Origin: Eledone cirrhosa
Lineage: Eukaryota
Length of the DNA stretch: 64,000 nucleotides
Reading direction: 5' to 3'
NCBI GenBank assembly: GCA_964016885.1
Contig: OZ024742.1
Location: 37,696,001-37,760,000, forward strand
A program made the position numbers and the translations under genes. Positions within the stretch are counted from its first letter, which is position 1. Each line of letters starts with the position of its first letter. The notes under the pieces were generated by a model, which saw nothing but the letters and a program-made list of their open reading frames with translations, was not told the origin of the DNA and did no database searches. This document shows positions 50,672 to 63,600 of the stretch, piece after piece.

Positions 50672-51733
50672 TAGTTCTTGCTTAGATTTTCTGGTTATCT
50701 ACAACCAAATTGGAAACTATCCATTGTACAGTGAACATAGCTCAAAGGTAAAAAACAAGTTGAATAAAAGCAAGAAATATCTAATTTTAGGGGGCATAAA
50801 ATTATACCTAGCTAGATTGTCATCTAACTACTTGTTGGGGGGGGGGGGGGACGACGACGACATATTTTCTTTATGATAAATGATAAACATGATAAGAAAG
50901 GTGGAGAGAAGAAAAAATGTAATACATCATAGAATGTGATTCTAAAATAAACAAAACAAATAAGCACAATGATAAAAGTGTAGTATAATCTCATATAGAT
51001 GTGAAGATTAGAGTCAAATCTAGCATTTCATTCAGATATTACGATATGGTCCAACACATGCAAGCAGGGGAAAATGGTTTAGAAGTTTACAAGTGTTGAT
51101 AATTTGTCTTCTGTAAATTTTTACCAAAAGTTATCTAGAAGATTGATAATGCTAGTTAAACAACAGTGAATATATTCAACTATAAAGGCAAATAAATAAA
51201 TATTTAGTTGAATTACATAATGATATAGAGGCTTGCTTCAACATATATTAATGTGTGGAAAGAATATAGAATCAATCAAAAACAACTGCTTTGGCTATTT
51301 TCACAATGCTTCTGTTCAAACCAGCCAAAACTGGCTGCTCATACTTATGTAAAGGTATTGTTCTTAAAATAAATAACATCAAAATCTCATAGGTTCGATA
51401 TTATGTCAGATAATTATGTAAGATAAAGCCTTTACTATGAAAATACCATAGTATATATAAATGCTAAAGGGTTAATAAAGTATTTATTGATTACAGGAAA
51501 TTATTATCCTATACACTTGAATATTTTATGTCTGAGAAATGGGCAAAAAATCCAAACCTTATTTATAAGCTGAGGTTTTGCAATTCTCATGAGTGGAGAA
51601 TATATTTATGAAGCTTTAATATTTTGACATTTAAAATGTTTTAAGTGTCATTTAGAGTATAATTTTGTTTCAGAACTTCACTATGTAATAATTTTGTCCA
51701 ATTTCCAACTGTTTAAAAGCCATATTCAAAACA

Positions 51734-53840
51734 CACCTCCAAAGTGAAACCAGTGTAATATTCACCACCAAAATGAAACCAGTGTAATATTCACCTCCAA
51801 AGTGAAACTGGTGTAATATTCACTACCAAAGTGAAACCAGTGTAATATTCACCTCCAAAGTGAAACCAGTGTAATATTCACCTCCAAAGTGAAACCCAGT
51901 GTAATATTCACCACCAAAGTGAAACCAGTGTAATATTTACAATGAAACTGGTGTAATATTCACCTCCAAAGTGAAACTGGTGTAATATTCACCTCAAAAG
52001 TGAAACTGGTGTAATATTTACAATGAAACTGGTGTAATATTCACCTCCAAAGTGAAACAGGTGTAATATTCACCTCCAAAGTGAAACCAGTGTAATATTC
52101 ATCTCCAAAGTGAAACTGGTGTAATATTCACCTCCAAAGTGAAACCAGTGTAATATTTACAATGAAACTGGTGTAATATTCACCTCTAAAGTGAAACCAG
52201 TGTAATATTTACATTGAAACTGGTGTAATATTCACCTCCAAAGTGAAACTGGTGTAATATTCACCACCAAAGTGAAACCAGTGTAATATTTACAATGAAA
52301 CTGGTGTAATATTCACCTCCAAAGTGAAACAGGTGTAATATTCACCTCCAAAGTGAAACCAGTGTAATATTCATCTCCAAAGTGAAACTGGTGTAATATT
52401 CACCTCCAAAGTGAAACCAGTGTAATATTTACAATGAAACTGGTGTAATATTCACCTCTAAAGTGAAACCAGTGTAATATTTACATTGAAACTGGTGTAA
52501 TATTCACCTCCAAAGTGAAACTGGTGTAATATTCACCACCAAAGTGAAACCAGTGTAATATTTACAATGAAACTGGTGTAATATTCACCTCCAAAGTGAA
52601 ACTGGTGTAATATTCACCACCAAAGTGAAACCAGTGTAATATTCACCTCCAAAGTGAAACTGGTGTAATATTCACCTCCAAAGTGAAACTGGTGTAATAT
52701 TCACCACCAAAGTGAAACCAGTGTAATATTCACCTCCAAAGTAAAACTGGTGTAATATTCACCTCCAAAGTGAAACCAGTGTAATATTCACCTCCAAAGT
52801 GAAACTGGTGTAATATTCACCTCCAAAGTGAAACCAGTGTAATATTCACCTCCAAAGTGAAACCAGTGTAATATTCACCTCCAAAGTGAAACTGGTGTAA
52901 TATTCACCTCCAAAGTGAAACTGGTGTAATATTCACCTCCAAAGTGAAACCAGTGTAATATTCACCTCCAAAGTGAAACCAGTGTAATATTCACCTCCAA
53001 AGTGAAACTGGTGTAATATTCACCTCCAAAGTGAAACCAGTGTAATATTCACCTCCAAAGTGAAACCAGTGTAATATTCACCTCCAAAGTGAAACCAGTG
53101 TAATATTTACCTCCAAAGTGAAACTGGTGTAATATTCACCTCCAAAGTGAAACCAGTGTAATATTCACCACCAAAGTGAAACTGGTGTAATATTCACCTC
53201 CAAAGTGAAACCAGTGTAATATTCACCTCCAAAGTGAAACTGGTGTAATATTCACCTCCAAAGTGAAACTGGTGTAATATTCACCTCCAAAGTGAAACCA
53301 GTGTAATATTCACCTCCAAAGTGAAACTGGTGTAATATTCACCTCCAAAGTGAAACTGGTGTAATATTCACCTCCAAAGTGAAACTGGTGTAATATTCAC
53401 CTCCAAAGTGAAACCAGTGTAATATTCACCTCCAAAGTGAAACCAGTGTAATATTCACCTCCAAAGTGAAACCAGTGTAATATTCACCTCCAAAGTGAAA
53501 CCAGTGTAATATTCACCTCCAAAGTGAAACTGGTGTAATATTCACCTCCAAAGTGAAACCAGTGTAATATTCACCTCCAAAGTGAAACCAGTGTAATATT
53601 CACCTCCAAAGTGAAACCAGTGTAATATTCACCTCCAAAGTGAAACTGGTGTAATATTCACCTCCAAAGTGAAACCAGTGTAATATTCACCTCCAAAGTG
53701 AAACCAGTGTAATATTCACCTCCAAAGTGAAACCAGTGTAATATTCACCTCCAAAGTGAAACCAGTGTAATATTCACCTCCAAAGTGAAACCAGTGTAAT
53801 ATTCACCTCCAAAGTGAAACCAGTGTAATATTTACCCCCC
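51734..53840. repeat. 29-bp minisatellite (CACCTCCAAAGTGAAAC[CA/TG]GTGTAATATT), ~70-75 units, with a 23-bp variant and a 272-bp higher-order duplication
   Basis: Head-to-tail units without spacers; embedded in a dispersed repeat (51528-53995) that has an unamplified homologue at 60278-60680. Confidence 0.97.
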
Positions 53841-56146
53841 AAACCAAAAATATTTGAGTACTTCATTTACATAAAATGTTTAAGTTGGTGAAAATCAGTA
53901 AAATATCGATCTTGAATATAAGCCGACCCCCTCCCCCCCCCCCGTGTTAGCACTGATTTTTTTTGTCATATATTTCTCAGCTTATATATGTGTATATGAG
54001 ATATATAATTCATTTGATTATACAAATATATATAAAACTGTGATCCTTTATGGCTCAGTAATGCACCTATCTGAGATTGCAACTGAGGCAGCTGCCTAAT
54101 TAGTTTTAATTGTAGTGCTGGCTTTGCTTTACATTATGTTGGGCAGAATATATTTAAATCTCACTATGGTAAAACTTTAGCACTTTGCTTTTCATTCTAC
54201 TGAGGTTGATAAAATATAGTACCAGCCAAGTACTGGGTCAATATAATTGATTGTACCCACCCCATATTACTGGCCTTGTGCCTAAATTAGAAATCATCCT
54301 TTTCTTTAGTTCTAAACTGGATACAAGAATAGAAAAACAAAGGGGATATTTTAAATTCATTTAGGCTATTCACATCCTATTCTAATATTAAATTAATTAT
54401 GAACATTGTAATAGAATATCCAAGAAATAATCATATGTATTGTAATTTATAAGGTCAAAAGAATATATATATATATGTATGTATATATATTACTTGAAAA
54501 CACAAACACACAGATAACCATCTTTAATCATAACTTCTAAAAAAAAATTAACATTAGCAAAAAAAAAAAAAAATGTTTAAAAGATGAAAACAATGGAAGA
54601 AAAAGCTAAAATTAAGATACAAAAAAAAACAACACTTCCATGTCTAGAATAACTTGTAATATCAACAACAATTTCTTTTACTTGTATTTTAGAAAACTAG
54701 AGAAAATGTTAGATAAAAACAAAGCCCAGATAATGAAGGTGATTTTATATTGAAAACAATACACTTCAATGGAAAACAGAAATAGAAAGAAACAGAGTAA
54801 AAGAACAAAAATTGCAGTGAAACACTGATTACTGAAGCTGAAGAGTTTTAATTCAGACAACCACAACAACCAAACCCTGACATTCTTTTTAGGATAGAAA
54901 TTGGGGAGGGAGACTAAATTTTGAGGAGCAAAGAGCAACAGTTATTTTTTAACATGCAAATTAAAGACTTTTTTTTTTTTTTCATGAATAATAAATACAA
55001 TTAGAAATAATGTTTTTGCAAAAGGCACACACAGACACACACACTAACACTGTGATGATAGTAGGAAGCAAATATAGTTAATAGAATTCATTTAAATATA
55101 TTACTGGAACTTATATTTTACTGTTTATCTGGTTTAGAAAAGATATACTCTATCCCTGCATGCCATGAGAAATTACTAAAAGAGTTGGCACCGGGAAGAG
55201 TATCTCACCACAAAACATTGCCTTACGAAAGACTTCATGATGAATATGTGGCTTGTCATGATACCAACAATGTTAATCACTAACAGGGAAATGACCTGAA
55301 AATGCTGGTTGTTAGTTGTTATATTGGTACCTATTTTATGAAAATCAGGTGTTTGATAGCAAAATAATCTTGTATAAAATTTGGATAGAAACTATAAGAA
55401 CCTAAACTAAATATCATTTAACTTTTAAAGTCCTGTACTGCATGAAACCACATTAACAAGACATTCTTGAAACGTATGCAACAGCACTATAACTATCATT
55501 AAAAATTAAAGTTTTTACATTAATTTACTGCAAATTTTCACAACAATCTGCCCACTTGTAAAAATACTATAAACATTTAAATTAGCAAGCTCCTTTTTAG
55601 ATATTTTCTGCTAAATATTACTGGATGTTAACTGTTAAATATCATTACAACTGTTCTCTGTATTTCTCATTCATACAGGCTGTACTTTCAATCATAAGAT
55701 TACTATTAATATCAAAGAACATTTCCCGTGCTATCTATAAAACCTCACTATTTTTCTTTCACTTCAACCAGCAATATTCATATTACAAATACATTAAATA
55801 TAACAGAAAAGAGGTTTATTAAAGTTTACATTATCACTCTTTCACTCATCTTTATCATTAGTTTAATGCTCACAAACAAACCAACAGTTTCATATAATGT
55901 GTTACTAAAAGAGTTTAGAAAATTTTTTTTATATACACCGTAATCCCTTGGTGATTTATTTTTTTAACCTTTTTTATCATATTTTAGTGAAAAACTGTCT
56001 ATAATTTTCAAATCATTTTAAAAAAAAATCTCAAATTTGAAAGAATTTAATAATATATCTAATTTCCACATTATCAATCTGGTGTTTAGAGAATAACTTA
56101 ACAAAAGTTCTCACATAAAATTATAATGGAAGGTTTTCATATATAT

Positions 56147-56487
56147 ATATCGCAAAAAAAGAGAATCAGTGTTGCGACGAATGGAATTTATTGGACATAT
56201 TACAATCGTTTCTCTGGCGACCAGCTCGAGGCACGATCGATGTGATGATCGAACCTGACTCTGATAATCGCAAGGTCCTCAGATACGTATTGATTCTACA
56301 AAGCAGATTTTCCATTTTGGAAAATCTGCTTCATAGAATCAAGACGTATCTAAGGACCTTGTGATTATCAGAGTCAGGTTCGATCATCACATCGATCGTG
56401 CCTCGAGCTGGTCGCCAGAGGAACGATTGTAATATGTCCAATAAATTCCATTCGTCGCAACACTGATTCTCTTTTTTTTTGTGATAT
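56147..56487. repeat. Near-perfect palindrome: 168/170-bp arms, 3-nt loop (56315-56317)
   Basis: The arms differ by about 7 substitutions and a 2-nt A-run length difference. Confidence 0.97.
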
Positions 56488-56572
56488 CATACTCTGCCCT
56501 GTGAGAGCATTGAGTGCTCAAACGGCCTACTGCATATGGATGCTTTAAGCATCCAACACCAATTATATATAT

Positions 56573-57412
56573 ACATTCATTTGATTTATTGATTTATTGA
56601 TAATTTATCTGAGTGTCCCGAATCTTCCATATCGCAATTTTTCGGTTGTTTGGTTGATTGTAGACATATTCTACGTGTGACGGTATTTTAACGATAGTTA
56701 TAGCTCTGATTTATTTGAATTATGGAGCCCTCTGCCGCTCATCTCGAATTTTGTTTATCGTGAACTCGTGCGCCGATTTTTCGATACTCGATTATTCTAC
56801 TATATTTAGCTCTAGACCTAGCTATTGACCAGTTAATTTTATTGTTCATTTTTTGTCGATTCTATTAAATGATGAATAGCTCCTGTTTATTTTAACATGT
56901 CTATTGAGCACTCTTATTCGATATGTGTTATTCCACATTTTCCCGAATATTTTTTGCGGATATAAAGGTTATCTCCCTTGCTGAAATCCATGTACGTATT
57001 TTCAGCCTGGGTTTTGTCTTTTCATTCGTTCGGACTAAAGCTCGTTGAAGAAGTAACTCCAGTCCCCCGTCATCTGTAAGTCTTATATTTTTATGTGAGC
57101 TGATAGAGGACGGTTTAAGGATTTACAGAAACCCAAGAAGCTAGATATACCATCTCTCTAGTGGGTCCGGGTATGCTTTTTACATTCATTTGATTTATTG
57201 ATTTATTGATAATTTATCTGAGTGTCCCGAATCTACCATATCGCAATTTTTCGGTTGTTTGGTTGATTGTAGACATATTCTACGTGTGACGGTATTTTAA
57301 CGATAGTTATAGCTCTGATTTATTTGAATTATGGAGCCCTCTGCCGCTCATCTCGAATTTTGTTTATCGTGAACTCGTGCGCCGATTTTTCGATACTCGA
57401 TTATTCTACTAT
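56573..57412. mobile_element. Element with ~232-bp near-identical direct repeats (56573-56804, 57181-57412) between (TA)n tracts; Penelope-like pseudo-LTR architecture
   Basis: The direct repeats differ at one position that I could see (cttcca vs ctacca). CpG-rich, no TG..CA ends, no PBS. The Penelope assignment is inferred from architecture only. Confidence 0.55.
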
Positions 57413-60277
57413 ATATATATATATATATAAATATGTTAAAACCAGCAGTTTTTATCATAGATCCAGAAGTGATTTAAGGTAGTTTGGTATTAAAAGTAAT
57501 AGTAAGTCAGTTTTATTTCAGAATTATTGAATAACTAGCATTGAGTTCTTTAATATCTAGCCTTGGAATGGTTTAAGAAGTCATATCTCTTCTTTGAGAA
57601 ATAGTAAAATATACATTACAGCTACCAAGACTATAAATTGTTGAAAATTACAACAACGAAGTGGCGGAATAAGAAGAAGGCAATTAGAAATAAACAAAAC
57701 ACCAGAAATATTTATTTGCAAGTCACACCAGATAACTTGAAAATACAGTCCATAAACTGTAAATACTCACTACATTGCAAAATATCTTCTAATATATCAT
57801 AAGAAAAGTTAACAACTACCCACCAAAAAGACTAGTTTAAAATTCAGTATGTTAAGAAAAAGTATGGTTTATAGTGTATTAAAGTGTTCTAAATTTTTTT
57901 CCCTACACTTTATCTTTCTATTTGCAGGCATTGGTGTTTGTGTGTATAAAACTAGTCATGTAATTGAAGGCAATGATCCAAATGTTCACTATTTATATTA
58001 TACAAATGTTTTGTAAGAATATCAGTTTAACACTGACAACTGTAGATCAAAATTATAACAGTATACAATAACATGTAATTGTTTCTACGTTAGGCACAAA
58101 GCCAGCAATTACCCAGTGCATTACTGGTACTTTATTTTATCGACCCCATAAGGATGAAAGGTAAAGTTAACCTTGGCGGGATTTGAACTCAGAATGGCAA
58201 GAGCCGTAACTCTATGCATCAAAGCATGGCGTCCGACCCTCTACCGATACTGCCAATTGCTATATATATATATGATTGTTCTGTGAAGTAAGTGCAGGAT
58301 TTATGATCATCTTATAACTCAATGTAGTATTGATATGAATATTCAATCAAAGCAGAGAGCCATCTGTTTTTGAGGTAAAATGATCTAAACACATATGTCA
58401 CTGATTATCTAAACTAGTGTCAAATACATAATAATAAACCATGAAAAACTAAGAAAACAAAGTAAGGTAGTAATTAATCCATTGATTTACAATAGTTTCA
58501 GTGAACAAACACCAAACCACAGGCTAATTGAAGCCAGCAGAGAAGTATGTTTTCAAGGTTGAGGATTTTCCTCAACAACTGTAAAGAGAGGATTAATTAC
58601 AATCTTACTGTTTTCTTATTCTTTCATGGTTTAATACTATCTATCTATATCTCTCTCTCTATACACACACGTTTATCAATGGAAAAATCTGTTCTGTGGT
58701 GGTTGCGGGGGGGGGGGGGTCATGGAAATAAGTATGAAGTTATAGATTTATAGCATATGTGATGTGATTTGACAATGATGAGTAGGGAAGAGGTGACATT
58801 TGATAGCACAGGGAGAAAGGGGTAGTAGTGGTGGTGAAAATACTTAAGCAGAGATAGTGGTGGGGGTGAACAGATGGTGTGATCAATAGTGTAGGGGGGT
58901 GGGTAATGATGGAGTGAGTAACTAATGAGTGATAGTGAAGGGGGAATGGATGGAGTGCACAGGGGTAGGGAGAGTATTTACTAGGGTGTAATAGTGAGGA
59001 CATTTAAGGACTTTAGAGGAGTCACATTATATGCAGTTGGCCAGGTCTTCACAAGCAAAGCATAGCACCAGTACTTTGTCATCTCTGTTGTGAGGTTTGG
59101 TTTCTATTGGTCAGTCTTAATAGGTCTGCCTCTGCTACGGGTCCCAACTACTAGAGTTTCTCTGCATTTTTTTTATGCAGTTGCTATCATCCATACTCAT
59201 CACATGTCCATACCAATGCAGCCTTCTCTCTTGCACACTACATCCAATCTCTCTTATGCCAGGCTTTTCACTCACACTAACATTACACATTCATCTGAGC
59301 ATACTCGCTTCGTTTCTTTCTAACCTTCACAGGTCTTTTGCAGTTAAGGCCCATGTTTCACTATGTAGCATTGCAATTCCCACAAAGGCATAATACTGTC
59401 TACCTCTCATCCTGAGAGAGAAACCCTTTGTTGTCAGCAGAGGTAACAGTTCTCTATGGCTGGATGACTTTCCTATTACCAACCACTTCACAGTGTATAC
59501 TGAGTGCATCTCTCTTGTAGATCACTTACAGTAACAAGGATGCTGCGATTGACTGAAGGGTCCTATCACCCCTCCCCAACATCTCCTTATTCATTATTTA
59601 GTAACCCCTAATCAACTTCATACACACATGTGCTCTCAAATGTCTATTAACAACAGCTGTGAATAAGAAGTGATAAAACCTGTCTATATCATAAGGTTAT
59701 AATGACATACACTTATATGGCATGTATGCCAATCTCTGAATCATAAGTCAGTAGATGTTTGATTTAGGTCTTTACTTTTGTCAAGTGGTTTTGTTGAAAG
59801 CCCAGACACAAACCTGGAGATATATATACAATCCCACACACTCAAACACATACATACACAAATGTTATTATCTTATGGTACAATAACATAAACATGCTCA
59901 ATACAGCCATGTATAACAAGTGTGTTTAATTTGATATACGTTTGGTCATTAAAAAAAAAACAACAACAAAATTTAAAGTGTTACAACAAACTTCAATTTA
60001 GAGCTTGTGTTTGGGGAATGTGAAGGGAAAGATGTAATAACATAATAATTTTAAATAACTATACACATATATTTTGCTAAATATCTTTGGTTAGATTTCG
60101 TTGTTGAAGATGATTGAATAATCTCAACATATTTATCTTAAACAATTTACAACAAAATATAGACACTGTATAATTATCATAAATACTTGAATATAAGCCA
60201 ATTCAAATATAAGCTAACCTCTTATATTATAAAAATAATGAAAATATTGTGTACAGTGTATGTATAGTACATAGGGT

Positions 60278-60680
60278 GTCTGAGGAACAGGCAAAAATCC
60301 AAACCCAGTTTATAAGCTAAAGCAAATAATCAACACATTGTGTTTAAATGGTTCAGTTTTGAAATTCTCAAGATTAGAGAATATATTTATGAAGTTTTAA
60401 CATTTTGATATTAAAATGTTTTAAGTGTTGTTTTTTTTAACAATTTCCGACCATTTTGAAGACCATATTTATTAACATAATAAAAACAATAGAAAATACG
60501 AATTTCTCATCGAAAGTGAAAACAGTGTAATATTCACTTCCAAAGCGAAAATATTTCAGCACTTCTTTTACATAGAATTTTGAAGTTGGTAAAAATCAGT
60601 AAAATATTTGCCTTGAATCTCCTCCCTAATTTTACCCTCAATTTTTTTTTGTTACATATTTCTCGCTTATATATAAGTAT
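60278..60680 (+). mobile_element. Dispersed repeat (unclassified, DNA-transposon-like) carrying a single monomer of the 29-bp minisatellite
   Basis: aaagtgaaaacagtgtaatattcacttccaaag at about 60513-60545. Left and right flanks align with 51528-51730 and 53845-53995. Confidence 0.75.
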
Positions 60681-63600
60681 ATATGGTAAATGACAACATT
60701 ATAAAATATTGTGAAAAAGTTTTTGATATTTTTTAAATAAATAATTTTGGCTATATTTTTACCAGTTAATTTGCTTTTTTCTATAAGTAATGGAAAAGAA
60801 TGAGCTTCTTTCAGTCATGACTGGCAATGTGTTGTGCACCCATGACTGACTGACCAAGGATATACCCCTCCTCTCCAAAGTCCAAGCTTGGGCAAGGTGT
60901 TTTGTGCATGCCAGTCACTCTATGTTGTCCTGAGGAAAGTTAAAAGCTGAAACAACTTGGCACCAGAGTCATTGCAACTCATCTTTTTCCAGCTAAGTGG
61001 AGTGAGGCAATGTGAAATAAGTGTCTAGCTCAAGGTCACAATGTGCAGCCCGGTTAAAAAATTGAACTCATGACCTTAAAATCATGAGCCCAGCTCCCTA
61101 ACCACTAAGCCTTCAGCTACAAGTAATAATAGCCATAGTAATCTTTGTGTTGGGATGTCAAAATACAAGCTTTGTAAATCATCCAACAGAGAAGACTGCA
61201 GATTAATCAAAATAATGGTTTCTGATTTAGGCACGAGGCCAACAATTAGGGGTGAGGGGAAAGTCGATGAAATCAACTCCAGTTACTTTATTTTATCAAC
61301 CCCATAAGGATGAAAGCTAACCTCAGCAGGGTTTGGTTAGCTTTGCCTTTTATCCTTAATAATAAGAAACAAATTATTCAAAACCTTTCCCAGTATCAAA
61401 TACAAACACAGAAAAATTAAATATTCAAATGCGTTGAGAAAAGCGTAAAAATGATGATAGCGAGGTGATAGCTAAATATCAGAGGAATGTATATGAAAGC
61501 AAAAAGATGTTATAACAGAATGATAGACAGATAGAGAATGAGTGAGTGAGAGAAAGAGAGACAAAGAAAAAGAAGGGGTGTAAAGAAAGATGATACAAAA
61601 GAGAAGACAGGAGCTGGGAGAAAAAACATAGGTAAGGGAACAAAGCATTTGTTAGAGATTCACAGCATGGATAATGTCAACTGCAAAGGGGCCAGGTATT
61701 TGGCTAGTTTGGACCAACATATATGAGATATAAAAATGATAACATTTCAGAAGGGTTATTATAATTATTAACTTCTTTTTATTTTACATATTATATTTTA
61801 TAAAAAATAATCTAAATAAGAAACATAATATAAATAAACAAGAATAAGCATAAAATTGGAAAATAGAAAGAGCCATTGAAAATAAACTCATGGCCATGAC
61901 TTTAATGTGCACTAGACTTTTGCAGATTTCTCATTGTCTGTTTATAATTTTCTAAGTACTGCATGTATCCAGTTTAGAATAGGTACATTGTATGTATCCC
62001 GAAGTGTTGGAAGAGGCAATTAAAAGGGTTAGTGTTAGGAAGGGCATTCGGCCATAAAACAATTAATTGCCTTAAAAAGAGCCTCATGATTAGAAGCCTA
62101 TCACGGGGTGGGGGGTGGGGGGCACATAACAGATCACTGATTCAACAGGGGAAATGGCCTTGAACAATTTTATAGTCATAAATCACCTAACTATCTGATG
62201 AATGCTTCTGCCACATAACATTATATTCCTTTTACAATTATTTTAGAGTGAAAGGCATTTTTAAATTTGTTGAGATAATTAGTTAATACACTTTATATTT
62301 TACCACAAAGTAATATTTGTACATTCATAAAATTATCTGAGTGATTATTACCAAGCCTCAGTGAACACATATGAAGATAATAATATAAAAATAATGGCTA
62401 AGCATGGGGTCAGTGTGCAGTTTATGACTCAATAGTTTCTTTTCTTTTGGGGGCTTTGACATTTATAAAGAGGTAGTTTGTCAAATGGATATTAATTTAT
62501 TTTAAGGGTGGGGAGTAAGATGAAGAACTCTGTTAAACAGGGAATACATCTTTTTATTTTAAATTTGATTTTGAATGAATCTACTGAAATTCATTCTCTC
62601 AGATTTATCAATCTAATAGAAAAGGGCAGTGAAATGGCAGAGTCATAAGTGTTGGATAAAATGTCTCGCAATATTTGTTCCAGTTCTCTGCATTCCAAGT
62701 TCAAATTCCACTTAGGTCAACTTTGTCTTTCATTCTTATAAATTGTTAAGTATCAGGTAAGATGGATGACCATATCTGTTTTGGCACTTGGCTGTGTTAG
62801 ATCTTCTTGGACAACATCAGTGGTATGGAGACTTGCATGCATGGGCATTTGCTAGTCTCGCATGCACAAACAACTGCTAGTCTTACATAGAAAATGTTAC
62901 CCAGTCTACACCTTTGAGAGAGACTTTCCAGATGTAGAGCCATTGTCATACAAAACATATTGAAGGCTCCAGAAAAAAAAAAACGATTGGTAAAAGACTC
63001 TAAATTGCTAGAGGTGAAATCAATTCTAGTATATATGTCCAGTGAGTAAACTGGGAAGACAGATACTGTATAGAAGCCTGTCAGATGGATTAAGTCTGGC
63101 TTTGTCACATAGCGTCACACTAATTTGGCTTTGGATTATGGTAAGGTAGACATATCTATGAAATACTTAACCATTTACACATTAATCCATGAGTTGTATG
63201 TTCAGATGAACAAATAACTAGATCTCACTGTTGAAACTGATGGAGGATCCCTCATTTGACTGGTATTAGTAAAAGAAAATCACCACACTTGGTATTTGAA
63301 ATCAGAAGGTAGAGATGATAAAACTAAATACAGCAAGACATTTAAACAGACACTCTAACATTTCCTCCACTCCAGTGTCTATACTTTGATTTATCTAAAA
63401 CTGGCCATGTTATTTTTTTGTTGTCTTTTTCTCTTTTAATATGTTGATATGTTTAATATGTTTAATATGTTTGCTTTTCAAACACATTCTGGAAAAGAAA
63501 GACCATGGGGAAAGGAACAAGTGAAAACTTCCCCATTCACAGGATCTAAAGAAAATATTTATATATAGTTCTTTAATTTTCCTTTTACTTTATTCTTATT

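Noticed and set aside
51734-53840. CRISPR-like array of 29-bp repeats
   Set aside because: Units are head-to-tail with no unique spacers, there are no cas genes, and the context is a eukaryotic intron with a TE-derived monomer.
57010-57085. Second hammerhead-like fold on the minus strand (cagatga...ggactggag/ctttagtcc-gaac)
   Set aside because: Both core boxes are mismatched and the spacing is wrong; too weak to report.
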